A stretch of DNA of 64,000 nt from Candidatus Melainabacteria bacterium (GTDB lineage: Bacteria > Cyanobacteriota > Vampirovibrionia > 2-02-FULL-35-15), in the NCBI GenBank assembly GCA_016193285.1, contig JACPSL010000025.1, forward strand, positions 58,523 through 122,522, in the 5' to 3' direction. The position numbers were made by a program, and so were the translations under genes. How positions within the stretch are numbered: position 1 is the stretch's first letter; every line of letters begins with the position of its first letter. The notes under the pieces were generated by a model. The model saw only the letters and a program-made list of their open reading frames with translations, searched no databases and was not told the DNA's origin. Positions 47,270 through 58,012 of this stretch are shown here, piece after piece.

Positions 47270-48804
47270 TTACTATCTTTACTACCTGTAAACCTTTTGA
47301 AGGACATATTGGAGTTATACAGCGTAATGCAATTAAGAGTTGGACCTTATTACAGCCAAGGCCAGAAATTGTTATTTTTGGTAATGATAAAGGAGTAAAT
47401 GATATTTGTCTAGAAATGGATTTAAAACATATACCAGATATTGTATGTAATGAATATGGAACACCGCTCTTGAATAATTTATTTAATAACGCACAACAAA
47501 TTTCAAAGAATGATTTACTTTGTTATATAAATGCAGACATTATTTTAATGAGTGATTTTATGAAAATGATTAAAAGAGTTCAAACTTTAACCAGGAAAAA
47601 AGTAATTGTTGCAAGGAGATGGGATGCAGATATTAAAGAAGAATTAAACTTTAAAGATGTAAACTGGGAACAAACTCTAGAAGAATATGTAAGAAAAAAT
47701 GGAAAGCTTCAGATTGGCGGGTATGATTACTTTATTTTTTTTAAGGGCTTTTATCAAAACATTCCACCTTTTGCCATAGGAAAAAATTATTGGGATGACT
47801 GGCTTGGTTGGAATGCTCGTAAAAAAGGAGCAATTCTTATAAATGCAACAAACATTACAATGGCTATACATCAAAATCATAAATCAACTGCTACTAATAT
47901 AAAGTTAAGTAATAATAAAGAGCAAGAAATAAAAAATAACTGGAAATTGACTGGAAGATGGTTTTATTTTTTTCACAAATCCTTACCGACTCATATTATT
48001 GATTCTAAAAATATTTATAAAAGTCCATGGATTGATTATTTTATACATCTTTATTACAGAGTTCTAGCTTATCTTGTTCAGTCTATTTCTAAGATAAAAA
48101 AAATTCCTAAGATTCAGCGCCTTAAGAAACCTGATATTTACAATGAAAACTCTGTCCTTAAAAGTTTTAACGAATGTGAGTTAGCATTTCAAAAAGTTAA
48201 AGAGTTAGGACTTCCTCCTTACTCTTCTACTGCTTCTACTTTTGAGAAAAACTGGGATGGTCTTATTGCTCTTAGCTGTATATTAAATAGAACTAATCAA
48301 GCTAGTTTTATTCTTGATGCAGGAAGTGTTTTGGATTCTATGGTTTTACCTTGGTTGTCTCTTTATGGATATAAAAACCTTTTTGGGATTAATTTAGAAT
48401 TTAAAAAACTTATAAAAAGAGGTCCAATAATTTATAAGCATGGTGATATAAAAAATACCAACTTTCAAAGTAACAGTTTTGACGCCATCGTTTGTCAAAG
48501 TGTTATAGAACACGGCATAGATATAAATTTATACTTTAAAGAGATGTCTCGCATACTTAAGCCTGGTGGAATAATAATTACTTCTACTGATTACTATCCA
48601 ACTTTAATTGATACTAAAGACAAGGTTGCATTTGGAGTTCCTGTTCATATTTTTACTAGAAGTGAGATATTAAACATGTTCAATATTGCAAGTAACTATA
48701 ACTTGCATTTGACTAGTAAAATTGAAATGGAATGTGAACAAAAACCTATTAATTGGCTAGGACTTAACTATACTTTCATAATATTTACTTTGATTAAAAA
48801 ATAG
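47266..48804 (+). CDS. two-domain protein: N-terminal glycosyltransferase-like region plus C-terminal methyltransferase (type 11)
   Basis: C-terminal LDAGSVLD...FDAIVCQSVIEH...LKPGGIII. Confidence 0.5.
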   Translation: MITIFTTCKPFEGHIGVIQRNAIKSWTLLQPRPEIVIFGNDKGVNDICLEMDLKHIPDIVCNEYGTPLLNNLFNNAQQISKNDLLCYINADIILMSDFMKMIKRVQTLTRKKVIVARRWDADIKEELNFKDVNWEQTLEEYVRKNGKLQIGGYDYFIFFKGFYQNIPPFAIGKNYWDDWLGWNARKKGAILINATNITMAIHQNHKSTATNIKLSNNKEQEIKNNWKLTGRWFYFFHKSLPTHIIDSKNIYKSPWIDYFIHLYYRVLAYLVQSISKIKKIPKIQRLKKPDIYNENSVLKSFNECELAFQKVKELGLPPYSSTASTFEKNWDGLIALSCILNRTNQASFILDAGSVLDSMVLPWLSLYGYKNLFGINLEFKKLIKRGPIIYKHGDIKNTNFQSNSFDAIVCQSVIEHGIDINLYFKEMSRILKPGGIIITSTDYYPTLIDTKDKVAFGVPVHIFTRSEILNMFNIASNYNLHLTSKIEMECEQKPINWLGLNYTFIIFTLIKK

Positions 48805-48815
48805 GTATAAATTTA

Positions 48816-50282
48816 GTGTCAAGCATAAACAGTACAAACTTACAAACGAACCTACTTAGAAGAGTTATTAAGAATACATTGTGGATGTTTAATAGCTCTT
48901 TCTTTGTAAGAGTTATTAATTTAATTAAAGGAATTATTTTAGTTAGGTTCTTAATTCCAGATGATTTTGGTTTATTTGGATTATCAATAATTGTTATTGG
49001 TTTGACTGAACTTTTTAGTGATGTTGGAGCAGGGACTTCTTTAATTTACAGAAAAGATGATACAGAAGAAAGAAAAGAAAAAGATGAAGAATTTATTAGT
49101 ACTGCTTTTTGGCTTAATTTAATTATTAGTACGTTTTTTGTTTTAGCCATTGTATTTTTATCACCAGTTATTAGCAGATTTTATAGTAGAGCTGATCTTA
49201 TACCAGTTCTTATAGTTTTAGCCTTAGCTCTTTGGTTTCAAACCAATGTAAATATTCAAAAGAACCTGTTAAGAAGAAATTTAAAATTTAAATCTATTTC
49301 AATTATTGAAGTTATTGTTAGCATTACATCATTTTTAGTGGCTATATATTTTGCTATTAATAATTATGGAGTATGGGCTTTAGTTTTATCTAATTTAACA
49401 GGAAACATATTAAATGCAATTTTAATTTGTTTGGTTTCTAAATGGTATCCTAAAAGATTAGTTTCTAAAAAGTGCTTAGAAGAACTTCTCCCATTTAGTA
49501 AAGGTTTTCTTGGACAAGCTATTACATGGTACTTAGTTTTTAATATGGGTAATTTAATCATAGGAAAACTTCTTGGCATGAGTAATCTTGGTTTATATAC
49601 AATTGCTTATAATTATGCTTTGCTTGCAGTAACAATGATTGCAAATCCTCTTGGCAATGTTGCTTTCCCAGAATTAGGAAAATTAAAGTTTGATACTAAA
49701 GAATTTTGGGATTCTTTTTATGGGCTTAGTAAATTGTTTGTTGGCAGCATTACACCAATTGCTTGTACTATGTTTGTAATAGCTCCTGATATTTTTCCAT
49801 TACTTTTTGGTGAAAAATGGAATGATGCAGTAATGCCTTTTCAGATACTTGTTGTTTATGGAATGGTACGTTGCATATGGATAGATCCTTTTTCTGCATC
49901 TGGGAAATTTAACTTAAGCTTTAAGCTTGGAATTGTAACATTGTTTTTTAGTGTTTTAGGAATTTTTATTGGTGCTAATTTTGGAATCATTGGTGTTGCT
50001 ACATCAGTACTTTTTATTTTAGGTAGTTCACATTTAGTTGCTTTATATTTAGTTTCTAAATCAGGTCATAGAGTTCTTACAGGCTTACTAGGTGCAGCTC
50101 CATATTTTGTTTTAGCATTTTTTATATCTATTATTACTTTTTTTGTACGTAATTATTTTATGTTTTATATATCTAGCAGAAGAGAGCTATTAGTTTTAGT
50201 TTCAGTATTTACAGTTTTGATTATTTATCTCTTAATTTATAGAAAAAACTTTATGAAAATTATTTTATCTATATCAAAATGA
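48816..50282 (+). CDS. polysaccharide flippase (Wzx / MOP superfamily)
   Basis: About 12-14 TM helices, 488 aa. Confidence 0.7.
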   Translation: MSSINSTNLQTNLLRRVIKNTLWMFNSSFFVRVINLIKGIILVRFLIPDDFGLFGLSIIVIGLTELFSDVGAGTSLIYRKDDTEERKEKDEEFISTAFWLNLIISTFFVLAIVFLSPVISRFYSRADLIPVLIVLALALWFQTNVNIQKNLLRRNLKFKSISIIEVIVSITSFLVAIYFAINNYGVWALVLSNLTGNILNAILICLVSKWYPKRLVSKKCLEELLPFSKGFLGQAITWYLVFNMGNLIIGKLLGMSNLGLYTIAYNYALLAVTMIANPLGNVAFPELGKLKFDTKEFWDSFYGLSKLFVGSITPIACTMFVIAPDIFPLLFGEKWNDAVMPFQILVVYGMVRCIWIDPFSASGKFNLSFKLGIVTLFFSVLGIFIGANFGIIGVATSVLFILGSSHLVALYLVSKSGHRVLTGLLGAAPYFVLAFFISIITFFVRNYFMFYISSRRELLVLVSVFTVLIIYLLIYRKNFMKIILSISK

Positions 50283-51445
50283 AAGTAACAATTGCTTGTA
50301 TAGGGAAGTTTCATGCTTTTTATTTAGCAGAAGAGCTAGATAAGCATGGATACTTACATAAATTAATAACGACTTATTACAGTAAGAAACAAAATAGTTA
50401 TCTAAGACTTAGAAATGATCTGGAAAATATAGATCCTTCAAAAGTTGTGGCAAATGTTCTCCCAGCCTTAGTTGGTAGTGGGCTTGGCAGACTTCCTTAT
50501 ATTGGGCAGTTGGATAACTGGAATTATTATGCAGCTTGTTTATTTGAGTTATGGGCTAAAAAACAAATTGATAACTGTGACATTATGGTTGCTTGGGCTG
50601 ATACAGCATTAAGTACTCTTAAAGTGGGAAAAAGTCATGGTGCTGTAACTGTTGTAGAAAGAGGTTCTTCACATATTCTTTTTCAAAAAAAAATCTTAGA
50701 AGAAGAATATGAAAAGTATGGCATAAAGACTAAACCAGTGGATGAACGAATAGTTGAAAAAGAATTAGTAGAATATGAAGAAGCAGATTATATTTCTGTA
50801 CCTTCGAGCTTTGCAAAACAAACATATATTGAACGGGGTATTAATCCAAGTAAGATAATTCAAATACCTTACGGAGTAGATTTATCAGTTTTTAAACCAA
50901 TACAAAAAGATGATGATATTTTTCGTGTAATTTTTGTCGGTAACCTAAGCATTAGAAAAGGTGTTCACTATCTTCTTGAAGCATTTTCAAGTTTAAAATT
51001 AAAAAATTCAGAACTTGTGCTTGCAGGCACTTTAACTCCTGAAGTTAAACCTTTTTTAAACTTATATAAAGATGGTTTTAAGTATATTGGAAGATTACCT
51101 CAAAAAGAACTTTATAAGTACTTTTCAAAATCTTCGGTGTTTGTTTTACCTTCTCTTGAAGAAGGTTTAGCATTAACTATTCTTCAAGCAATGGCATGTG
51201 GTTTGCCTATAATTTGTTCTACTAATACAGGCGCACTAGATATTGTTAATGACAGTATAGACGGTTTTATCATACCAATAAGAGATATAGAAACAATTCA
51301 AGAAAAGCTTTTATACCTCTATGAAAATAAAGAGGTTTGTAAAAAGATGGGAGCATCTGCTTTAAAAAAGGTACATCAATCTTTTACCTGGAATAATTAT
51401 GGAGATAAGATGATTGAAAGTTATAAAAAGATATTAAAAAAATGA
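50279..51445 (+). CDS. glycosyltransferase, GT4-like
   Basis: EEGLALTILQAMACGLPIICS motif. Confidence 0.7.
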   Translation: MKVTIACIGKFHAFYLAEELDKHGYLHKLITTYYSKKQNSYLRLRNDLENIDPSKVVANVLPALVGSGLGRLPYIGQLDNWNYYAACLFELWAKKQIDNCDIMVAWADTALSTLKVGKSHGAVTVVERGSSHILFQKKILEEEYEKYGIKTKPVDERIVEKELVEYEEADYISVPSSFAKQTYIERGINPSKIIQIPYGVDLSVFKPIQKDDDIFRVIFVGNLSIRKGVHYLLEAFSSLKLKNSELVLAGTLTPEVKPFLNLYKDGFKYIGRLPQKELYKYFSKSSVFVLPSLEEGLALTILQAMACGLPIICSTNTGALDIVNDSIDGFIIPIRDIETIQEKLLYLYENKEVCKKMGASALKKVHQSFTWNNYGDKMIESYKKILKK

Positions 51446-52623
51446 AATCACAAATGAAGCTATTAGTTATATCTTCAGAATTTCCTTCTATGTTTGGAGG
51501 TGTCTCAGACTATACTTTTTATTTAAGTAAAGCTTTTGCAAGTAAGGATATAAAAGTTTTTGTTCTTACTTCGGACAATAAAGGTGTAAAAGTATGTGAT
51601 TTTTGTAAAGTGCTGCCATTAATTAATAAATGGAATATTTTTAACTTACCAAAGATCTTTTCTGTTATTAAAGAGTTTAATCCTGATATTGTCAGCTTTC
51701 AGTATGTGCCGTATGGCTATAACAATTTTGGTATTCCTCTATGGATTATTCTTTTTTCTACTTTAATTATTTTAAAGAGAATTAATTTAATTACAACCTA
51801 TCATGAGATAGCAATTAAACTGGATTATAATCCTAAGAGTTTTTTCATTTCAATTTTACAGCGCCTTATTGCATTTATCCTGGCATTAGCATCAATAAAG
51901 ATCATTGTTACCATTGAATATTCTAAAAGACTTCTTTTTCCTTTTAAGAAAAAAATCATTAAGATACCAGCAGGAAGTATTGTCTTTCCTGTTTTAGTTT
52001 CTGAGAGTAAAAAAAAAGAATTAAGAAAAAAGCTTTCTTTAAAAAGTGAAATAGTAGTCTCTACTTTTGGGACAATTGCATCTTATAGAAAGTATGATGT
52101 TTTACTAATGGCTATTAAAAAAGTCTCAGAAGAAAATCAATCACTTTTTATTAAGCTTATTTTTATAGGTAAAGTTGATAAACATCAAGAAAATATTTTA
52201 GAAGGTTTAATAAACAACTTAAATTTAAACTCATCTGTTTATTTTACCGGGTACCTAACGCCTGAAGAGGTTTATAAATATCTAAGTATTTCAGATATTT
52301 TTGTTTCTTTAAGTACAGATGATAGAGGTGGTACAGGTATCAAAAGTAGTTCTGTTGCTGCTGCATTTGCCAGTGGATTACCAGTTATAGGTACTAAAGG
52401 ACTATTAACTGATGATTTTTTTATAGAAGAGGAAAATATTTATTTTGCAAAGTCTCTTACTATAAGAGATGTTGCAGATGCACTCGTGAAAGTAATTTAT
52501 GATAAAGACTTAAGAATTAAAATATCAAATGGTGCTAAAGATACTTACATGAAGAAGTTAACATGGAATAATATAGCTAGTGAGTATATTAAAGTCTTTA
52601 AAAGATTTGAGATTACACAATGA
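51442..52623 (+). CDS. glycosyltransferase, GT4-like
   Basis: Architecture and a C-terminal GT-B region. Confidence 0.6.
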   Translation: MKSQMKLLVISSEFPSMFGGVSDYTFYLSKAFASKDIKVFVLTSDNKGVKVCDFCKVLPLINKWNIFNLPKIFSVIKEFNPDIVSFQYVPYGYNNFGIPLWIILFSTLIILKRINLITTYHEIAIKLDYNPKSFFISILQRLIAFILALASIKIIVTIEYSKRLLFPFKKKIIKIPAGSIVFPVLVSESKKKELRKKLSLKSEIVVSTFGTIASYRKYDVLLMAIKKVSEENQSLFIKLIFIGKVDKHQENILEGLINNLNLNSSVYFTGYLTPEEVYKYLSISDIFVSLSTDDRGGTGIKSSSVAAAFASGLPVIGTKGLLTDDFFIEEENIYFAKSLTIRDVADALVKVIYDKDLRIKISNGAKDTYMKKLTWNNIASEYIKVFKRFEITQ

Positions 52624-54098
52624 AAAACTTAAAGATTGCAATTAGGGAAAAAAATGTTTTTGTAAAAATTGGTTTTTTAGTAGTTGTTCTTCTTTTAGCA
52701 TATATGTTTAGTTTAATGAGCATTTATGGCATCTCTTCAGAATATTTTACGCCAGTAATTATTTTATTAATCCTGGTGTTGTCATTTTTAAACTGGCGTA
52801 AAGCAACATTGTTTCTTATAATTTGGGTTTTATTTTCAGGTGCAGTAAGAAAATGGGTTCTTCCAGAATTAGCTGATGTTGTTTTCTTTTTTAATCATAT
52901 AATTTTAATAGGAATTTATGCTGGATATTTTAATGAGCAATTAAGAACTCGTTCCTTGATTATTTTTAAGCATCCTATGAATATTTTTCTTTTATTTTTT
53001 TTTATATGGGGGGTGGCTTGTTCAATTAACCCCCGTTCTCCAAGCATATTCATTGGACTACTTGGAGTTGTACTCCATTTTTTTTATATCCCTTTAATTT
53101 TTATAATTCCTTATATTTTTAATACAAAAGAAGAATTATTTAAAGTACTTAGGATTTTTGTATATTTTTCATTTCCTATACTAATCTTAGGAGTGATTCA
53201 ATTTTTCAGCCCACTTGAAAGTCCTATTAATAAATATGTAGCTGAATCTGATGTAGTCCCTATGGGTAATTTTCCTAGAATTTCTTCTACTTTTCCTTTT
53301 ATTTCTGGTTATGCGACTTACCTACATATTTTAAGTTTAGTTTTAATTTATTTTATAAGTTTAAAGAACATACCAAATAGTCAGATGATTATATATTATT
53401 TGCTGCTTGCTTTGTCAATTTTAAATCTTTTTATGACAGGCTCAAGAAGTGGAATGTTTATAAGTATATTTTCTGGTGTCTTATACCTAGCTATTTCCGG
53501 AGCTTTAAATGCTGATAATTTAAAAAGATATTTATTTAGGTTTATTATAGCTGGTGGTATATTTTTCTTAATTGCTACTTCGCCTCTGGGAAGTCATGCA
53601 ATTAATGCTTTTATATCTAGGTTTGATGAGTCAGATGAAATTGTTAGAAGAGTTACTGATATTTATACAATCCCCTTAGATTATTTAAAAGAAAGTGGGG
53701 TTTATGGATTTGGTATTGGTGGTACTTACCAAGGCTCTTTTAGCCTTCTTAAAACTTTAAAGGTTGCAAAGAGAGATTTAGGAGTAGCAATGAATGTTGA
53801 AGAAGAACCTCTTAGAATTCTACTTGAGATAGGTCTTTTTGGTTTTATTATGGTTTATTTAATAAGATTTTTAATGGTTAAGTATTTTTGGGAATTATAT
53901 TTAAAACTACAGGATGAAGATATAAAACACTTTGCTCTTGCTTGTACTCTTTATTTATTTCCTTTTTTTATTAATATCCATAGACTTGTATTTGATCAAA
54001 CAGCACATTTATTTTATTGGTTTACAGTAGGATTTTTATTTCTTTTACCAAGGTTAGACAAGAAAAATATAGCTAGTGATAAAAAAGCCTTAATATGA
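52620..54098 (+). CDS. O-antigen polymerase/ligase-like polytopic membrane protein (Wzy-like)
   Basis: At least 10 TM helices, a large periplasmic loop, and a position next to the flippase. Confidence 0.55.
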   Translation: MKNLKIAIREKNVFVKIGFLVVVLLLAYMFSLMSIYGISSEYFTPVIILLILVLSFLNWRKATLFLIIWVLFSGAVRKWVLPELADVVFFFNHIILIGIYAGYFNEQLRTRSLIIFKHPMNIFLLFFFIWGVACSINPRSPSIFIGLLGVVLHFFYIPLIFIIPYIFNTKEELFKVLRIFVYFSFPILILGVIQFFSPLESPINKYVAESDVVPMGNFPRISSTFPFISGYATYLHILSLVLIYFISLKNIPNSQMIIYYLLLALSILNLFMTGSRSGMFISIFSGVLYLAISGALNADNLKRYLFRFIIAGGIFFLIATSPLGSHAINAFISRFDESDEIVRRVTDIYTIPLDYLKESGVYGFGIGGTYQGSFSLLKTLKVAKRDLGVAMNVEEEPLRILLEIGLFGFIMVYLIRFLMVKYFWELYLKLQDEDIKHFALACTLYLFPFFINIHRLVFDQTAHLFYWFTVGFLFLLPRLDKKNIASDKKALI

Positions 54099-55246
54099 AA
54101 GTTCTTCACATATCTCCTTCTTATTTTCCCGCCTTTCAGCATGGCGGAGTAGTTGAATCAGTTCATTTATTAAATAAGACTCTTGTAAGAGCTGGCATAA
54201 CTCTTGATGTTATTACTACAGATAAAACTAGCTACCGTTGTAATCTTGATGGAGTAAACATTAAATGTTTTCCATATTATTTTTATAAGCACTATAATTT
54301 CTCGCCACAATTATTTTTTTCTGTACTTAATGAAGTAAAAAAATATGATCTTGTTCATATTACAGCATTTTGGAATTTCCCGGTTTTAGCAGGAAGTGTT
54401 TCTAGTCTCTTGTATAAAAAACCATATATTATTTCACCCAGAGGTGTTTTATATGAAGAAGCAATAAATATAAAATCTAAAAGAATAAAAAAACTTTATT
54501 ATTATCTTATTGCTAAACATTATTTAAAATTTGCTAGTGCTGTTCATTACACATCAGAAGATGAAAGGGATAACATTTCAAGCTTATTTAGGATCAATAA
54601 TAAATCCTTGGTAATACCCAATGGTCTTGATTTAGATCAATACAAGACATTACCACCAGCAGGTACTTTTAAAAGTAAGTATCCGGTTTTAAAAGATAAA
54701 AGATATATTTTGTTTCTAGGCAGGATTCATAAAAAGAAAGGATTAGATATTTTAGTTGATGCATTTAAAGATTTAATAAATTTTGACAATGATTTGTCCT
54801 TAGTAATTGCTGGTCCTGATAATGGAGGATATGAAAAGTTTATAAAAGCAAAATTAAATAATTATGGATTAAGTAAAAAAGTTTTATTTACAGGTTTAAT
54901 TAGAGGTAAAGAAAAGCTAGCTGCTTTTGTTGATGCTAATTTATTTATTCTTTCTTCTTATTCTGAAAATTTTGGCATGAGTGTTATTGAAGCAATGGCA
55001 TGTGGAACGCCGGTAATTGTATCTAACAAAGTAGGAATTTATAAAGATATTCAAGATGCAAATGCCGGCTATGTTGTTACAACTAATGCTAATAGTGTTG
55101 CTAGTGGTATAAAAAAACTATTAAGTGATAATGCTTTATGTACTGTGCTTTCAACAAATGGTAAAAAATTATTGAAAGATAAGTATGATATTGAAATGGT
55201 TTCTAAAATGATGATAAATGCATATGAGGATATTATGAAAAGATGA
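54095..55246 (+). CDS. glycosyltransferase, GT4-like
   Basis: ENFGMSVIEAMACGTPVIVS motif. Confidence 0.7.
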   Translation: MKVLHISPSYFPAFQHGGVVESVHLLNKTLVRAGITLDVITTDKTSYRCNLDGVNIKCFPYYFYKHYNFSPQLFFSVLNEVKKYDLVHITAFWNFPVLAGSVSSLLYKKPYIISPRGVLYEEAINIKSKRIKKLYYYLIAKHYLKFASAVHYTSEDERDNISSLFRINNKSLVIPNGLDLDQYKTLPPAGTFKSKYPVLKDKRYILFLGRIHKKKGLDILVDAFKDLINFDNDLSLVIAGPDNGGYEKFIKAKLNNYGLSKKVLFTGLIRGKEKLAAFVDANLFILSSYSENFGMSVIEAMACGTPVIVSNKVGIYKDIQDANAGYVVTTNANSVASGIKKLLSDNALCTVLSTNGKKLLKDKYDIEMVSKMMINAYEDIMKR

Positions 55247-56088
55247 AACTTCCAATATCAGTAATTGTTTTAACCTTTAATGAAGAAAAAAATATTGAGG
55301 CTTGTTTAAAAAGTGTAAAAGATTTTGTAGAAGAGATATTTGTTGTTGATTCATTTTCAACTGATAAAACATTAGGGATTGTAAAGAAATATACAAATAA
55401 TATTTTTCAACATGAATTTAAAAACTATGGAAAACAAAGAAACTGGGCGCTAAAAAATTTACCAATTAAAACAAGATGGGTGCTGAATCTAGATGCGGAT
55501 CATAGATGTACAAATGAATTAAAAAAAGAAGTTGCTAAATTATTTGCAAGTAATGAAGTTAATAATTGGGATGGTTTTTTAATTTCCAGAAAAACAATAT
55601 TTATGGGAAAGTGGATAAAGCATGGAGGGCATTATCCTGTCTATCAGCCAATTTTATTTAAATTAAGTCATGGGTCTTGTGAAGAACACAGATATAATCA
55701 ACATCTGTATGTTAAAGGAAAAGTAAAAAAAATCAAAGGTGATATTGAAGATATTGTTTCAGATGATTTAGCTAGTTTTACTTTTAGGCATAACAGATGG
55801 TCAACAGATGATGCTATTGATCAATTATTAGGTGAAGATCAAGTAAATAGCAAAACAGGTGTAAAGCAAAACTTATTTGGAAATCCAATGGAAAGAAGGA
55901 GATTCTTTAGAAGTATTTATATGCATATGCCACTTCTTGTTAAGCCTTTTATTTATTTTTTTTATAGATATTTTATTAAACTTGGTTTTTTGGATGGAAA
56001 AGAAGGGATTATATTCCATACATTGCAAGGGTTTTGGTATCAGTTTTTAGTAGATGCCAAGATTTATGAGCAAAAAATAAAGAGGTAA
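55243..56088 (+). CDS. glycosyltransferase family 2
   Basis: ISVIVLTFNEEKNI...DADH (DxD) motif. Confidence 0.7.
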   Translation: MKLPISVIVLTFNEEKNIEACLKSVKDFVEEIFVVDSFSTDKTLGIVKKYTNNIFQHEFKNYGKQRNWALKNLPIKTRWVLNLDADHRCTNELKKEVAKLFASNEVNNWDGFLISRKTIFMGKWIKHGGHYPVYQPILFKLSHGSCEEHRYNQHLYVKGKVKKIKGDIEDIVSDDLASFTFRHNRWSTDDAIDQLLGEDQVNSKTGVKQNLFGNPMERRRFFRSIYMHMPLLVKPFIYFFYRYFIKLGFLDGKEGIIFHTLQGFWYQFLVDAKIYEQKIKR

Positions 56089-56092
56089 AAAT

Positions 56093-57979
56093 ATGTGTGG
56101 AATTGTAGGGATTATAGGTTCGTCTACTATAGAAAGTGATTTTAATGAAATTACTGATCTCTTACAACATAGAGGTCCGGATGATAGAGGAACAGTAGTT
56201 TTAGACAAAAAAGTTTTTTTAGGACACAGAAGACTTTCAGTAATTGATTTAAGCTTAAATGCTAGACAGCCCATGTCTAATGAAGATAAGAGTATCTGGA
56301 TTACATATAATGGGGAAGTTTATAATTTTCTAGAACTTCGCAGGAACTTGCAAGATATTGGTTGTAAGTTTAAATCAAAATCTGATACTGAAGTAATACT
56401 TAAGCTTTATGAAACAAAAGGAGAAAGTTGTGTAAATGATTTAAATGGAATGTTTGCATTTGCAGTTTATGATAGCAGGAAAAATCAAATTTTTATTGCG
56501 CGTGATAGGCTTGGAATAAAACCTTTATACTATGCAAATTACAATGGAAACCTAGTCTTTGCTTCAGAAATTAAAGCAATTCTTGCTACAAATCTTATCC
56601 CAAAAGAAATAAACTGGCAGTCTGTTTATAATTATTTTTCATTTTCATTTGTGCCAAATCCAGCTACTGCATTTAAAAATATTAAACAACTTCCTCCAGC
56701 ACATTATCTTACTTTTAATTTAGTAAAAAATGAATTAAATATTCAAAAATATTGGGAGCCATTTAGTGAAATAAAAAATAATTATAGTTATTTTGAACTA
56801 AAAGAAAGACTTAGGTTTTATTTAGAAGATTCAGTTAAAATGCAGCTTGTAAGCGATGTTCCACTAGGTGTATTTTTAAGTGGGGGGATTGACTCAACCA
56901 TATTAGCAGCCTTAGCTACAAAACATTCTTTAAAAAAACTTAAAACATTTACTGTTACTTTTCCTCAGGAAGAATTAGTTCAATATGATGAAAGTAAAAG
57001 AGCTAAGTATGTAAGTGAATTTTTTAACTCAGAACATTTAGAACTTCCTGTTGAGTCTACTAAGTCTGAAGAAATCACTGAACTTATTTCTTGTTTTGAT
57101 CAACCTTTTGGAAATCCTACTTTTTATCTTTCATATTTAATATCAAAATTAACTAAGGAGCATGTAACAGTTACATTAACTGGTGTTGGTGGAGATGAAT
57201 TGTTTGGCGGGTATTCAAGATACAAAGTTTTAAGATTTGCAAAATTAATAAATTCTTTTCCTGATTTATTTACTAATGTTGCTTTAAAGATGTGTGATTT
57301 GATTCCACGAGAAAAATTTAGTCCCTTACTTAGAAGAATGAAATTATTGTTTTCTAGCTTTGGCTCATCTTTTTCCAAGCAGTATATGATGTGGTCTTAT
57401 TATTTTAGTGATTTAGAAAAAAGCAAGCTGTTCCTTCCATCTTTTTCCCAAAATAAGATAATTAAACCCTCAATAAGTTTAATAAATAACTATTTAAATC
57501 ATTCTAAAGATTTAAATGTAATAAATTCTATTGAATATCTTGATTTAAATATGTTTCTTGTGGATAACTTGCTTGAGTATACTGATAAAACTACAATGGC
57601 TTTTGGGCTTGAAAGCAGGGTTCCATTTTTAGATCATAGAATTGTTGAATTAAGTCTTGCAATTCCAGGAAAATATAAAGTTAGTAGTTTAAATTCAAAA
57701 ATTATTTTAAAAGATACTTTTTCAGACTTGTTACCTTCTTCAATAAAAAAAATGCCAAAGAAAGGTTTTTCTGCTCCAATATATATTTGGATTGAAAAAT
57801 ATTTTGATTTTTATTTTGAAAAAATACTTTCAAAAAGCTACCTGGATAAACAAGGGATCATAAACTGGGATTATGTGCAAGCTTTAAGAAGAGAACACAA
57901 GTGTAAAAAAGATGATAACTCTATGAAACTCTTTAGTATAATTATGTTTGATGTTTGGTATAAGAAATATTTTAGTTAG
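56093..57979 (+). CDS. asnB: asparagine synthase (glutamine-hydrolysing)
   Basis: MCGIVGI N-terminal nucleophile and SGGIDS PP-loop. Confidence 0.85.
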   Translation: MCGIVGIIGSSTIESDFNEITDLLQHRGPDDRGTVVLDKKVFLGHRRLSVIDLSLNARQPMSNEDKSIWITYNGEVYNFLELRRNLQDIGCKFKSKSDTEVILKLYETKGESCVNDLNGMFAFAVYDSRKNQIFIARDRLGIKPLYYANYNGNLVFASEIKAILATNLIPKEINWQSVYNYFSFSFVPNPATAFKNIKQLPPAHYLTFNLVKNELNIQKYWEPFSEIKNNYSYFELKERLRFYLEDSVKMQLVSDVPLGVFLSGGIDSTILAALATKHSLKKLKTFTVTFPQEELVQYDESKRAKYVSEFFNSEHLELPVESTKSEEITELISCFDQPFGNPTFYLSYLISKLTKEHVTVTLTGVGGDELFGGYSRYKVLRFAKLINSFPDLFTNVALKMCDLIPREKFSPLLRRMKLLFSSFGSSFSKQYMMWSYYFSDLEKSKLFLPSFSQNKIIKPSISLINNYLNHSKDLNVINSIEYLDLNMFLVDNLLEYTDKTTMAFGLESRVPFLDHRIVELSLAIPGKYKVSSLNSKIILKDTFSDLLPSSIKKMPKKGFSAPIYIWIEKYFDFYFEKILSKSYLDKQGIINWDYVQALRREHKCKKDDNSMKLFSIIMFDVWYKKYFS

Positions 57980-58012
57980 ATAATCTACATTAGAGGGAAT
58001 ATAAAATAGTAA